This document shows positions 1 to 9,424 of a DNA stretch of 64,000 nt, piece by piece. Origin of the DNA: an uncultured Methylomirabilota bacterium. Lineage in GTDB: Bacteria; Methylomirabilota; Methylomirabilia; Methylomirabilales; 2-02-FULL-66-22. Position 1 is the first letter of the stretch, and every line of letters begins with the position of its first letter. The translations under genes were made by a program, and so were the position numbers. The notes under the pieces were generated by a model, which made no database searches, was not told the origin of the DNA, and was given only the letters and a program-made list of their open reading frames with translations. The stretch is taken from the NCBI GenBank assembly GCA_963705305.1, contig OY970067.1, positions 2,656,001-2,720,000 of the forward strand. Direction: 5' to 3'.

Positions 1-2332
1 CGGCCCGGCTGAACAGCTGTGCCGACAGGATGTTGATGCCGTGGGCAGTGAGAGTGCCCACGACATTGGCGAAGCGTCCCGGCGCCCCGGGGGCGCAGAC
101 CAGCACCTCCGAGTAGCCGGCCATGGGAAAGGCCGACCAGCGCACCGCCGCAGGCTCTCCGCGCCGCACCCGCTCGATCAGCTGGAGGTGCTGCGCCACT
201 TTGGCGCTGGAGGTGGTGAGCACGTAGCGGATGGGCATGAGGTCCAGGTGCTGTGTGACCAGATCGGCGCCAAACTCGGGGGCCAGCTCCGCCACCAGGG
301 CCGCCCGCAGGTTCTGGGCCCGTCGATGCTCCTCCTCGCCCTCCGGGACGCCGCGCGTCAGGATGGTGTGAGTCCTGATGAACAGCTCCCACAGGAGCGT
401 CCCCTTCCAGTCGGTCCAGATCTGCGGTCCCACGGCATTGATGTCCAGATAGGTGAGCAGGTAGAGCATGCGGAGCCACTCTTCGTTTCCCACCAGGCGG
501 GCGAAGTCGATGATCAGCCGCTCGTCGTCCAGATCGCGGCGCTCCGCGATGTGGGTCATGGTGAGATGCTGCGCCACCAGGAACAGGGCGGCGGTGACGT
601 CGCCCTCGGGGAGGCCCATGCGTGCTAACACCTCTTGGGCGAGGGCGACCCCCCGCTCGGTGTGGCCGTGCCCTTCCCCCTTGCCGATATCGTGGAGCAG
701 GATGGCGAGCTTCAGGACCTCCGGCTTGCGGAGCTCGCCGGCGATCCGCTTGAACTCCTGCAGGCGCGGATCCTCCGCGTCGCGCAGCGCCTCCAGACCG
801 TCGATCAGGACGAAGGTGTGCTCGTCCACCGTGTACCGATGGTAGTAGTCGAATTGCACGAGGCAGTTGATCCGGGCGAACTCCGGGATGTAGGCGGTGA
901 GCACGCCGAGCTGGTGCATCTGGCGCAGCACCTCCGCCACCCCCCGCGGCCCCCGCAGGATGGCCAGGAAGAACCCGAGGACTCGATTCGACCGGCGGAA
1001 CGCGTCGTCGATCAGGTCCAGGTTGGCGCGGATGGCCGCCCGGGCGTCGGGGCTCAGCGTGTACCCCATCTCCAGCGCGTACCAGAAGATCTTGATCAGC
1101 CGGACCGGATCCTCGCGAAAGCTGTTCTGGTGGGAGGGGGGGATATGGATCTGGCGATTCAGCTCGGTAAAGTCATCGCCGATGTCCCGCGCCCGGAGCT
1201 TCTTCATCATGGCCTCCACGTGGGAGCCTGGCCAGACGGTGCAGTGCTCGATGAGGTGCTGCGAGAGCTGGTGGATCGCCCCCGCCCGCAGGAAGTACTG
1301 CTGCATGAACCGCTCGACCCCGTAGCTGGTCCCATCCTGAAATCCCAGGTTGGCCGCCACCGGCACCTGCACAGAGAGACTGAGGACGTCATTCTTCCCT
1401 CCCTGCAGGTAGTGGAGCTCGTTCCGGACGCGGAGCAGGAAATCCAGCGCCTGGAGGCACTGGGCCAGCTCTACGGGGGAGAGCAATCCCAGCGCCGGCA
1501 GGGCCCCCAGGTCGGACAGGCGGTGCCGGGCGCGCGCCACCCACAGGGCCACGTGAAAGTCCCGCAGCCCGCCCCACCCCTCCTTCACATTGGGCTCTTG
1601 GACGAAGACCGACCCGCCGAACTTGGCGTGGCGCTGGGCCTGCTCCTGGAGTTTTCGCTGAACGTACTGCTGGGCCCGACGCCCCTGGAGGGTCCGCCAC
1701 ATACGCGCCTGAAGGTCGGCAAAAACGGCCTGGTTGCCGACCAGGAACCGCCCCTCCAAAAGCGCGGTCCGGACCGTGATGTCGGTCTCCATCATCTGGA
1801 CGGTATCGCCGAGGGAGCGGCAGCTGTGGCCGACCGTGAATCCCAGGTCCCAGAGGAAGTAGAGCACCTGGTCCAGGATGGCGCTGACGTAGGCGTCGAC
1901 GCGCCGGGGATACAGGAACATCACGTCCACGTCGGAGGCGGGATTAAGCTCCCGACGCCCGTACCCCCCCAACGCGATCACCGCGCATCCTTCCGTCCGA
2001 TCGCGCACCGGCTCGGCCAGCCGCGCCTCGGCCAGCCGGAAGAGCTCGCAGATCACCGCATCCACCAGCTCGGCATGCAGCGCCACGACCTCGAGGCCGC
2101 CCGCGCCGGCGCGATGCATCCGCTCGAGCTCGGCCCGCTCGGCCGTGATGATCGATTTCACGATGGGCAGCAGGGCCCGGCGCAGCTCTTCCCCACTCCC
2201 GGCGGGGGCCTGCGCCTGCAGCAGCGCGCGGAACCGGCGCGCCACGTCGGTCTCGGCCCCGTACGTGATTCCCACCGGCACGGTGGCCCCCCAGCGGAAC
2301 AGGCGGGTCAGGGCACGCACGGGATCAGGCAT
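1..2332 (-). CDS. glnD: [protein-PII] uridylyltransferase GlnD; 3' end runs off the left edge of the window
   Basis: Manual minus-strand translation from ATG at 2332 gives the NTase motif ALGGYGRRELNPASDVDV, then LWDLG..GHS, HRYTVDEH and the HD motif LLHDIGKG. It is absent from the ORF track because it has no stop within the window. Confidence 0.93.
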   Translation of the reverse strand, partial: MPDPVRALTRLFRWGATVPVGITYGAETDVARRFRALLQAQAPAGSGEELRRALLPIVKSIITAERAELERMHRAGAGGLEVVALHAELVDAVICELFRLAEARLAEPVRDRTEGCAVIALGGYGRRELNPASDVDVMFLYPRRVDAYVSAILDQVLYFLWDLGFTVGHSCRSLGDTVQMMETDITVRTALLEGRFLVGNQAVFADLQARMWRTLQGRRAQQYVQRKLQEQAQRHAKFGGSVFVQEPNVKEGWGGLRDFHVALWVARARHRLSDLGALPALGLLSPVELAQCLQALDFLLRVRNELHYLQGGKNDVLSLSVQVPVAANLGFQDGTSYGVERFMQQYFLRAGAIHQLSQHLIEHCTVWPGSHVEAMMKKLRARDIGDDFTELNRQIHIPPSHQNSFREDPVRLIKIFWYALEMGYTLSPDARAAIRANLDLIDDAFRRSNRVLGFFLAILRGPRGVAEVLRQMHQLGVLTAYIPEFARINCLVQFDYYHRYTVDEHTFVLIDGLEALRDAEDPRLQEFKRIAGELRKPEVLKLAILLHDIGKGEGHGHTERGVALAQEVLARMGLPEGDVTAALFLVAQHLTMTHIAERRDLDDERLIIDFARLVGNEEWLRMLYLLTYLDINAVGPQIWTDWKGTLLWELFIRTHTILTRGVPEGEEEHRRAQNLRAALVAELAPEFGADLVTQHLDLMPIRYVLTTSSAKVAQHLQLIERVRRGEPAAVRWSAFPMAGYSEVLVCAPGAPGRFANVVGTLTAHGINILSAQLFSRA

Positions 2333-2458
2333 AGTGTGACTCCGTGCTCTGGAGCGATCCCTCCGGGGGGTTTGACGCGGCTCCAATCGCTGGGCGTTCC
2401 GCCCATTCCAGCCATGGCATTCTTGGCGCCTTGGCGGTGAGATATGTTCGGAACGGGG

Positions 2459-3214
2459 CTAGCTGCCGGCGCATACCGGGCAGGCCGGGTCGCGGCGGAG
2501 CTTCACCTCGAAAAAGTGCATCTCCAGAAAATCGCAGCAGAGCAGCCGGCCCGCGAGCACGCTCCCCGCCCCGCTGAGGTACTTGATGGCCTCCATCGCC
2601 TGCAGGCTTCCCGTGATTCCCGGCGTCGCTCCCAGCACGGGAAAAACCTCGCGGGGAGGCGCCTCCCGGAAGGTGCAGGCCAGGCACGGGGTGTGCGGGA
2701 CATGCACGAAGGTGACCCGCCCCTCGAATCCCCAGATGCTCCCATGCACGAGGGGGATCTGCTTGCGGACCGCCGCGGCGTTGAGGAGGAAGCGCGTGGG
2801 GAAATTGTCCATGCAGTCGAGGATCAGGTCGGCATCCCCGACCAGCCGGTCCACATTCCCCGCCTCGATCTTCTCCGTGACCGCCTCGATCGTCACGTGC
2901 GGGTTCAGCCGCGCCAGCGTCAGCTTGGCGGATTCCGCCTTGTTCATGCCGATCCGCGAATCGTCGTGCAAAAATTGCCGGTTCAAGTTGGAGCGTTCCG
3001 GCGCGTCGAAGTCGCAGATCCGGAGCGTGCCGACGCCCGCCATGGCCAGGTTGAAGGCGACCGGGCTGCCCAGCCCCCCCGCGCCAGCGATGAACACGCG
3101 GGAGGCCTTGAGCCGCTTCTGGGTGTCTTCCCCCCAGCGGGGGATCATCATTTGCCGGGTATAGCGCTGGCGCTCTTCTTCCGAGAGCTCTCCATCCGTC
3201 CGCTCGATCGTCAT
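2459..3214 (-). CDS. ThiF/MoeB/HesA family adenylyltransferase
   Basis: RYTRQ, GAGGLG, D.PERSNLNRQ, PCLAC and C-terminal CPVC motifs. Start taken at MTIERT after a GAGGAG-type SD. Confidence 0.9.
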   Translation of the reverse strand: MTIERTDGELSEEERQRYTRQMMIPRWGEDTQKRLKASRVFIAGAGGLGSPVAFNLAMAGVGTLRICDFDAPERSNLNRQFLHDDSRIGMNKAESAKLTLARLNPHVTIEAVTEKIEAGNVDRLVGDADLILDCMDNFPTRFLLNAAAVRKQIPLVHGSIWGFEGRVTFVHVPHTPCLACTFREAPPREVFPVLGATPGITGSLQAMEAIKYLSGAGSVLAGRLLCCDFLEMHFFEVKLRRDPACPVCAGS

Positions 3215-3493
3215 AAGCCCCCCTCTCCTCCTCGGTGAATCGCCGGCACCGGGACCTTGCAGTGTCCGTCCTCCTCCGATCGGGGACCGCCCCGCAACCC
3301 GGTACGTCCGCGCCGCTCCCGGGCCGCGATCCTCCCGGGGCGTCGAGGACAGATTACCTTTAGCCCAAGGGCGGGGAGATGTCAACGCGCCGGAGGGGGA
3401 GGATGGGCGGGGAGCCAAGCCTCGACGGGCGCGGCCGGGGCATCCGGCCGCCCGGGGCCCGGGGAGAGGAGGCGGTCGAGGGCGCGCCCGCGA

Positions 3494-4933
3494 TCAGTGA
3501 CCCCGGTCGGCTCGGTGGGTGCCGTAGCCGACGCTGCTCCCCAGGCCCGTGGTTCCGACCAGGCCGAGCGCGTAGGCATTCTCGTCGTGCTGGCTCAGGT
3601 CCAGTCCCATGACCTCGTCCTCCTCCTCCACCCGCAGGCCGATGGTCCAGTCGACCAGCTTTAGCAGGATCAGCGTGCCGATGAAGGCGAAGATCCAGGT
3701 CACCAGGATGCTGATGGCCTGTGCGAGCAACTGGCCAGGATGGCCGAAGAAGAGGCCGTTCCGGCCGGCCTCGTTGATCGCCTGGCTGGCGAAAAGCCCC
3801 GTGGCCAGGGCGCCCCACGTCCCCCCGACCCCGTGGACCCCCACCACGTCCAGCGAGTCGTCGTAGCCCAGACGGGTCTTGACGTTGCACGCGTTGAAGC
3901 AGAGGTACCCGGCCACCGCGCCGATGATCACGGCGGAGATGGGTCCCACGAAGCCGGAGGCGGGCGTGATCGCCACCAGCCCCGCCACGGCCCCCGAGGC
4001 CGCCCCCAGCACGGTCGGCTTCCCTCGCATCAGCCACTCCGTTCCCATCCAGCTGAGGGTGGCGGCTGCGGTGGCGACGTGGGTGGCGACGAAGGCGCTG
4101 GTGGCCAGGGCGCCGGAGCTCAGGGCGCTGCCGGCGTTGAACCCAAACCAGCCCACCCACAGCATGGCCGCCCCGGTGACGGTCAGGGGAAGGTTATGGG
4201 GCGGCATGGGCTCGCTGCCGAAGCCGCGGCGGCGGCCCACCAGGAAGGCGGCGGCCAGCGCCGAGACGCCGGAGCTGATGTGCACCACGGTTCCGCCGGC
4301 GAAATCCAGCGCGCCCAATTGGCGCACCCATCCCCCCACCCCCCAGACCCAGTGCGCCAGCGGATCATAGATGCAGGTGGACCAGAGCAGCGTGAAGATG
4401 AGGAACGCGGAAAATTTCATCCGCTCGGCGAAGGCGCCGGTGATGAGGGCGGGCGTGATGATGGCGAACATGAGCTGGTAGATCATGAAGGTCTGATGGG
4501 GAATGGTGGCGGCGTACTCCGGATTCGGCTGCAGGCCCACCCCCCGCAGGCCGGCCCAAGCCAGGCTGCCGACGAGGCCGTGGACATCCGGGCCGAAGGC
4601 CAGGCTATAGCCCCAGAGGACCCATTGGACGCTGATGAGAGCCATGATGATGAAGCTCTGCATGATCGTTCCCAGGACGTTCTGCCGGCGGACCATGCCC
4701 CCGTAGAACAGCGCCAGTCCCGGGGCCGTCATCATCAGCACCAGCGCGGCGGAGGTCAACATCCAGGCGGTGTCGCCGCTGTCGATCTTGGGTGGGGGGA
4801 CAGGTGCCGCTACTGCCGGGACGGGCGAGATGGCGGCCGGGGACGCCGTCGACTGGGCCGCGCAGGGACCCGCCAGCCCCCACCCCACCGCCAGCAGCAC
4901 GAAGATTCCCAAGAGCCACGGGGCGCGACGCAT
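3494..4933 (-). CDS. amtB: Ammonium transporter with N-terminal signal peptide
   Basis: DTAW..., PGLALFYGG, DFAGGTVVH, WFGFNAGS, DDSLDVVGVHG and GLDLSQH motifs. Start MRRAPW after a GAGGAGG SD. Confidence 0.96.
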   Translation of the reverse strand: MRRAPWLLGIFVLLAVGWGLAGPCAAQSTASPAAISPVPAVAAPVPPPKIDSGDTAWMLTSAALVLMMTAPGLALFYGGMVRRQNVLGTIMQSFIIMALISVQWVLWGYSLAFGPDVHGLVGSLAWAGLRGVGLQPNPEYAATIPHQTFMIYQLMFAIITPALITGAFAERMKFSAFLIFTLLWSTCIYDPLAHWVWGVGGWVRQLGALDFAGGTVVHISSGVSALAAAFLVGRRRGFGSEPMPPHNLPLTVTGAAMLWVGWFGFNAGSALSSGALATSAFVATHVATAAATLSWMGTEWLMRGKPTVLGAASGAVAGLVAITPASGFVGPISAVIIGAVAGYLCFNACNVKTRLGYDDSLDVVGVHGVGGTWGALATGLFASQAINEAGRNGLFFGHPGQLLAQAISILVTWIFAFIGTLILLKLVDWTIGLRVEEEDEVMGLDLSQHDENAYALGLVGTTGLGSSVGYGTHRADRGH

Positions 4934-5025
4934 AGATTCCTCCTCGCCGGACGGCAGCCTTGGACGGCCTGGCCGGGGCGAGCGGATTTCGGCTCGCCCA
5001 TTCCGGCCACGCCTCCGTGGGGAGA

Positions 5026-5041
5026 AGCATCTGCCGTGCCT
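5026..5041 (-). promoter_or_regulatory. Putative sigma54 (-24/-12) promoter of amtB
   Basis: Minus strand AGGCACGGCAGATGCT fits GG-N10-GC, about 90 nt upstream of amtB. Confidence 0.55.
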
Positions 5042-5371
5042 GAATCCTGGCGGATCGAAAAATCGAAGTCCGGTGGCGCCAAGCCGTGGTTTTTTCAGGA
5101 TCACGCAGGAGAAGAGGGGGGAGCGGGGTCCTGCCGGCTGGCGCGAGGCGTGCCTTCTGCGGGGGCACCCCGGCTGGCGCGTGCCTAATCCGTGAGCGGA
5201 ATATCGCAGGATTGATCGATTCTACCGGTGGCTCGACGGCCACGCGGGGTTCCCGTCGGTGGGTCCGCCGGTGAGAGCGCCCGATGCCCGGCGCCGCCGC
5301 CGGGGGGTGGGGAATTGCCCATCGGCCATTCGAGGCGGCGAATTCACGACCCCTGATGTGGACGATCCGGA

Positions 5372-5670
5372 CTAGAGGGGAGATCCCGCCGCCAGGACCG
5401 CGGGCGAGGGACCAGCATCCAGGTTTTGCCGAAGGGTGCGCCCGGGCGCCTTGCGCTCGGGGGACATGCGCCGCTCGACCCACTGGCTGAAGAGGGACAT
5501 GCCGTACGTGCAGATCCAGTACACCACCGCAATGAAGCTGTACATCTCGAAGGGGCGGATGTCACGCCGGGTGACGATCTGGGCGACCTTGGTGAGGTCC
5601 ACCATCCCGATGATGGAGGCGAGCGACGTGTCCATGAACAGCACGATGAACTGGGTCACCAGGGCCGGAC
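5372..5670 (-). pseudogene. Orphan 3' fragment of the amino-acid ABC permease (duplicate of about 7931-8146)
   Basis: Encodes PALVTQFIVLFMDTSLASIIGMVDLTK...MSPER with no 5' part. 5587-5664 is identical to 8063-8140. Confidence 0.85.
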
Positions 5671-5904
5671 CGCACCTTGAGCAAAAGTCCAAACCCCCCG
5701 CGTACGCCAGTAGCAGGCAGGGCTTGAGCGACAGGACAACAGTTGCACGGACTCTGTTCACCCCGATCAACTAAGCCTGGAAAGTCAAAATAGAACTTTT
5801 TCACAGGCTCTCAGAAATGTCCACCCCCTTCCACCTGTCCTGGCGGAGTCCACGTTTCGGAATCTACCGGGATCGCAAGTATCCTCACCAGGAAAAACCG
5901 TTCC

Positions 5905-7164
5905 TTATGCCGTCTCGGGTGCTGCCATGGCATCCTCCGCAATACCTTCGCCTCCGAATCGATGGAGGAGCAGGGCAGCAGTGGTATTACCGAAAACATT
6001 AACCGTAGTGCGGCCCATATCCATGAAACGATCCACTCCCGCAACAATTGCGATAGCTTCCACTGGAAGGTGTATCGACGTCAGGATGACGGCCAATATA
6101 ACCAGTGAAGCCGCGGCTACATTCGCGGTGCCCTTGTTCGCAATCAGGGTGGTCAAAAGAATTGTGAGAATCGAGGCGAGATTAAGATGCAGACCGTAAG
6201 CTTCTGCCAGGAAGCATACGGTCAGAGATTGGTAAAGTGCCGAACCATCCAGATTGAAGCTATATCCCAAGGGTATAACGAACGATACCACCTTGTTGGG
6301 AATACCCGCATCTTCCAAAATCTGCATATGCACTGGAAGCGTTACTTCCGAGGAGCAGGTCGTAAAGGCCAGCAGCAGCGGATCGGCGACCTTCCTGATG
6401 GTTTTGAACGGGGGGTATCCGAGCAGGGATACGATGATACAGAAAGCGATTGCGACGACTACCAGCCCGATATACATGACCCCGATCAACTTGGCCATCG
6501 CATAGAGCAGCGCGCCACCTTGAGTGGCAAACACCCAGGCCATGATGCCGGCAACCGCCACGGGTGAATAGGCTACGATGCCTTCCGTTAGCTTGAACAT
6601 CGCTTGCATGATGCCTTCGAGTACCCTCACCACGGGCTCGGTTATCTTACCCGCTTTGCCCAAGGCCAGGCCGAAGCAAATGGCAAAAAACAGAGTTGGT
6701 ATGATTTGTTGCTGAGCGGCCGCCAGAACTATGTTATCCGGAACGATATCCAGCAAAAACTTTACCCAATCGATGGAGTGCGCAAGATTTGCTGGAATAG
6801 TGCCGGTCGCCTTAAGGGCGACTCCCGCTGCGGGATGGAATACCGCGTTTAGGCCTATGCCGAGAACAATGGAGCAACCCGTGGCAAAATAAAACCAGCC
6901 GAAGGCCAGTCCGGCCAGTCTTCCCAATGTCTTAAAGTCGGCGCTCATTTTATAAATACCCAAGGCAACGGCCGAAAATACCAAGGGTATTACGATCATC
7001 TTGATCGCTTTGATGAATACGGTTCCAAGCGGCTGTAAAGCTGCCCCCAGCTTCGGCCACAAGGCGCCAATCACGCAACCAAGGATCAGGCCGATGACGA
7101 TTTGGATCCACAATGGAAATCGATTGGATGCTGAGGTCCTCCCGGTTACGGTTTGCGTAGCCAC
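5905..7164 (-). CDS. Dicarboxylate/amino acid:cation symporter (DAACS, GltP/DctA family)
   Basis: AFTTCSSEVTLP, GYSFNLDGS and DRFMDMGRT..NVFGN motifs. Visibly lower GC than the flanking genes. Confidence 0.93.
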   Translation of the reverse strand: MATQTVTGRTSASNRFPLWIQIVIGLILGCVIGALWPKLGAALQPLGTVFIKAIKMIVIPLVFSAVALGIYKMSADFKTLGRLAGLAFGWFYFATGCSIVLGIGLNAVFHPAAGVALKATGTIPANLAHSIDWVKFLLDIVPDNIVLAAAQQQIIPTLFFAICFGLALGKAGKITEPVVRVLEGIMQAMFKLTEGIVAYSPVAVAGIMAWVFATQGGALLYAMAKLIGVMYIGLVVVAIAFCIIVSLLGYPPFKTIRKVADPLLLAFTTCSSEVTLPVHMQILEDAGIPNKVVSFVIPLGYSFNLDGSALYQSLTVCFLAEAYGLHLNLASILTILLTTLIANKGTANVAAASLVILAVILTSIHLPVEAIAIVAGVDRFMDMGRTTVNVFGNTTAALLLHRFGGEGIAEDAMAAPETA

Positions 7165-7874
7165 AAGCTGCCTCCTCTCGGTTTTTTGTTCTGTACTCCC
7201 GTAGCGAGTGCAACTGGCGCGCAGTGCAGGGACTCGACGAAGGGATCCAGTCCATCGGGGCTCCAGCGGATTGCGGGCACCGAAACCCCGGCGCAGGGAA
7301 GGCGGGAATTGTCAGGTGCCAAGATCGGTGGGGACAACCGGCGGGGCAGGCCAGAGCCCCACGCGCCTGGCTCGGCACGGAGCAAGGAGCCACGGATTAC
7401 GCCGCAACGCGCCATGGGGCATGCGATGCGACACCGGGGACCTCATCTGGCGGGCTATGGGATGGGGCGGGCCACAGTCGGAGGTGGGTCAGGATCTTCT
7501 CGATCAGGTGGTACCACATATTGAGAATAGAACCATAGGGAGACAGCGACTCCAGCAGCTATCAGCAAAAATACGGTATTCTTGATAAAGATAAAACCTT
7601 TGAAGCTTTTCTTCCACAAAAACAATGCTAAAATTTTCATCAATGCACTACGTAATTCCTAAAGGCTGATTCGTCCACACCATCGTAACTATTGTTACCT
7701 GTGCTCCATTTAGCGTCGCACTCTCTTTATACACACTTGTTGTTAGGGTATTGCACGTGGCAGGAGCATTTGGAGGTGAAGGGCCTGGTGGCTCTCCCCC
7801 AGGGTGCGCGTGGCTGGGGCGCCGCGGGGGAGGATGACGGGCGCCGCTCGCCCGCCTGAGGCCGCGCGACGCGG

Positions 7875-8609
7875 TCAGCCGGCCGCACCCTCGGCGGCCC
7901 GGCGTAGGGCGGCGCGAGAGCGGTGTGCTCGCTCCGGAGACATCTTGACCTCGAGCCATACGCTGGCAAGCGACAAGCTGTAGGTGCAGACCCAGTACAC
8001 CGCCGCAATGAAGCTGTACATCTCGAAGGGGCGGATGTCACGCTGGGTGACGATCTGGGCTGCCTTGGTGAGGTCCACCATCCCGATGATGGAGGCGAGC
8101 GACGTGTCCATGAACAGCACGATGAACTGGGTCACCAGGGATGGAACCATGTTCCGGATCGCTTGAGGCAGGATGACGTGAATCATCATCTGGGCGTAGG
8201 AGAGCCCCCCTGCGGTGGCCGCCTCGATCTGCCCCCGGGGCACCGACTGGATGCCGGCACGGACGATCTCCCCGAAGTACGCGGCCTCGAAGACCACGAA
8301 GGCCACCAGGGCCACGGAGTACTCGGGGAGGTGTTGGCCCGTGATCTGGGGAATCAGGAAGTAAAACCAGAAGATCACCATGATCAGGGGGACGCCCCGG
8401 AAAAACTCCACGTACACGACGGCGGGGTAATGGATCCAGGGCCTGCGGGAGAGCCGGCAGAGTCCAATCAGGATGCCCACGAGGAAGCCAAAGATCATGG
8501 CCGGGATTGCCAGGCGGAGGGTTCCGCCGCTGAAACGTCCGAACCCCAGGAGGCCCTGGAAGATGAGGAACTTCCAGTTGGCAGAAAGAATCCCCCAATC
8601 GAAGCTCAT
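7875..8609 (-). CDS. Polar amino acid ABC transporter permease
   Basis: YVEFFRGVP, EAAYFGEIVRAGIQSVPRGQIEAA (EAA loop) and DTSL motifs. Confidence 0.93.
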   Translation of the reverse strand: MSFDWGILSANWKFLIFQGLLGFGRFSGGTLRLAIPAMIFGFLVGILIGLCRLSRRPWIHYPAVVYVEFFRGVPLIMVIFWFYFLIPQITGQHLPEYSVALVAFVVFEAAYFGEIVRAGIQSVPRGQIEAATAGGLSYAQMMIHVILPQAIRNMVPSLVTQFIVLFMDTSLASIIGMVDLTKAAQIVTQRDIRPFEMYSFIAAVYWVCTYSLSLASVWLEVKMSPERAHRSRAALRRAAEGAAG

Positions 8610-9355
8610 GGGGCGACCTTGGCAGCGCGGCCGATCATGCCGGGAATGCGGTAACGGCGCTCTACTTGGCCCATGACGGCGGCGATGCTCAGGCAGAGGA
8701 CCAGGTAGATGACCGTCCCTGCGGTCAACGCCTCGAAGGCCTTGGCGGTGTAAGTTTCGATCTGTCGGGTCATGAAGGTCAGCTCGGCCACCCCGATGGT
8801 CATGGCCAGGGAGGAGTTCTTGAGAAGATTCAGCGACTCGTTGGTCAGGGGAGGAATGATCAGGCGGAGCGCGATGGGGAGGAGAATCAGACGGTACGCC
8901 TGCCCGGTCGACAAGCCGGTGGCCACCGACGCCTCCAGGAGCGTCTTCGGGATGGACTGGATCCCGGCGCGGATCACCTCGGCCATGCGGGAGCCGTGGT
9001 ACACACTCAAACCGACCACCGCCGACCAGAACTCCGGGTGGTGGTGGTTGATCCAGTCCTGCGCCGCGGGCGGGAGGAGCCGCGGGGCGCCGAAATACCA
9101 GAAGAACAGCCAGACCAACAGCGGGACATTCCGGAAGAACTCGACATAGACCGATCCCACGATCCGGAGGGACTTGAACGGGGCGGTGCGCAGGGCACCG
9201 AAAAAGATTCCGAGGGCGAGCGTGATGATCCAGCTCAGGGCCGACAGGACGAGGGTTGTCTGGATGCCTTCAAGGATCCAGTGCCCATACTCCCCCGTCC
9301 ACAAGATGCTCCATTGGAACTGGTATGAAGAGCCGAAGAGGGTGGCCATGGGCAT
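8606..9355 (-). CDS. Polar amino acid ABC transporter permease
   Basis: YVEFFRNVPLLV, AEVIRAGIQSI and LKNSSL motifs. Confidence 0.93.
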   Translation of the reverse strand: MPMATLFGSSYQFQWSILWTGEYGHWILEGIQTTLVLSALSWIITLALGIFFGALRTAPFKSLRIVGSVYVEFFRNVPLLVWLFFWYFGAPRLLPPAAQDWINHHHPEFWSAVVGLSVYHGSRMAEVIRAGIQSIPKTLLEASVATGLSTGQAYRLILLPIALRLIIPPLTNESLNLLKNSSLAMTIGVAELTFMTRQIETYTAKAFEALTAGTVIYLVLCLSIAAVMGQVERRYRIPGMIGRAAKVAP

Positions 9356-9424
9356 CGTCGGTGGCGCGCGGTCCCCGGGAGGCCTGCGGGAAGCCTCCCG
9401 GGGGGGTGCGCACCGGGCTGCGGG

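Noticed and set aside
41..2440. Long plus-strand ORFs (195 and 601 aa), and similar long antisense ORFs elsewhere such as 14901-17858 and 32788-35463
   Set aside because: They are antisense shadows of real GC-rich genes (glnD, rng, ABC genes) with no recognisable motifs.
5455..8146. Permease repeat pair as a DGR template/variable repeat
   Set aside because: Mismatches are not adenine-specific (for example gcg/gtg, gtc/atc, acc/acg), and the only RT is a typical group II intron protein 36 kb away.
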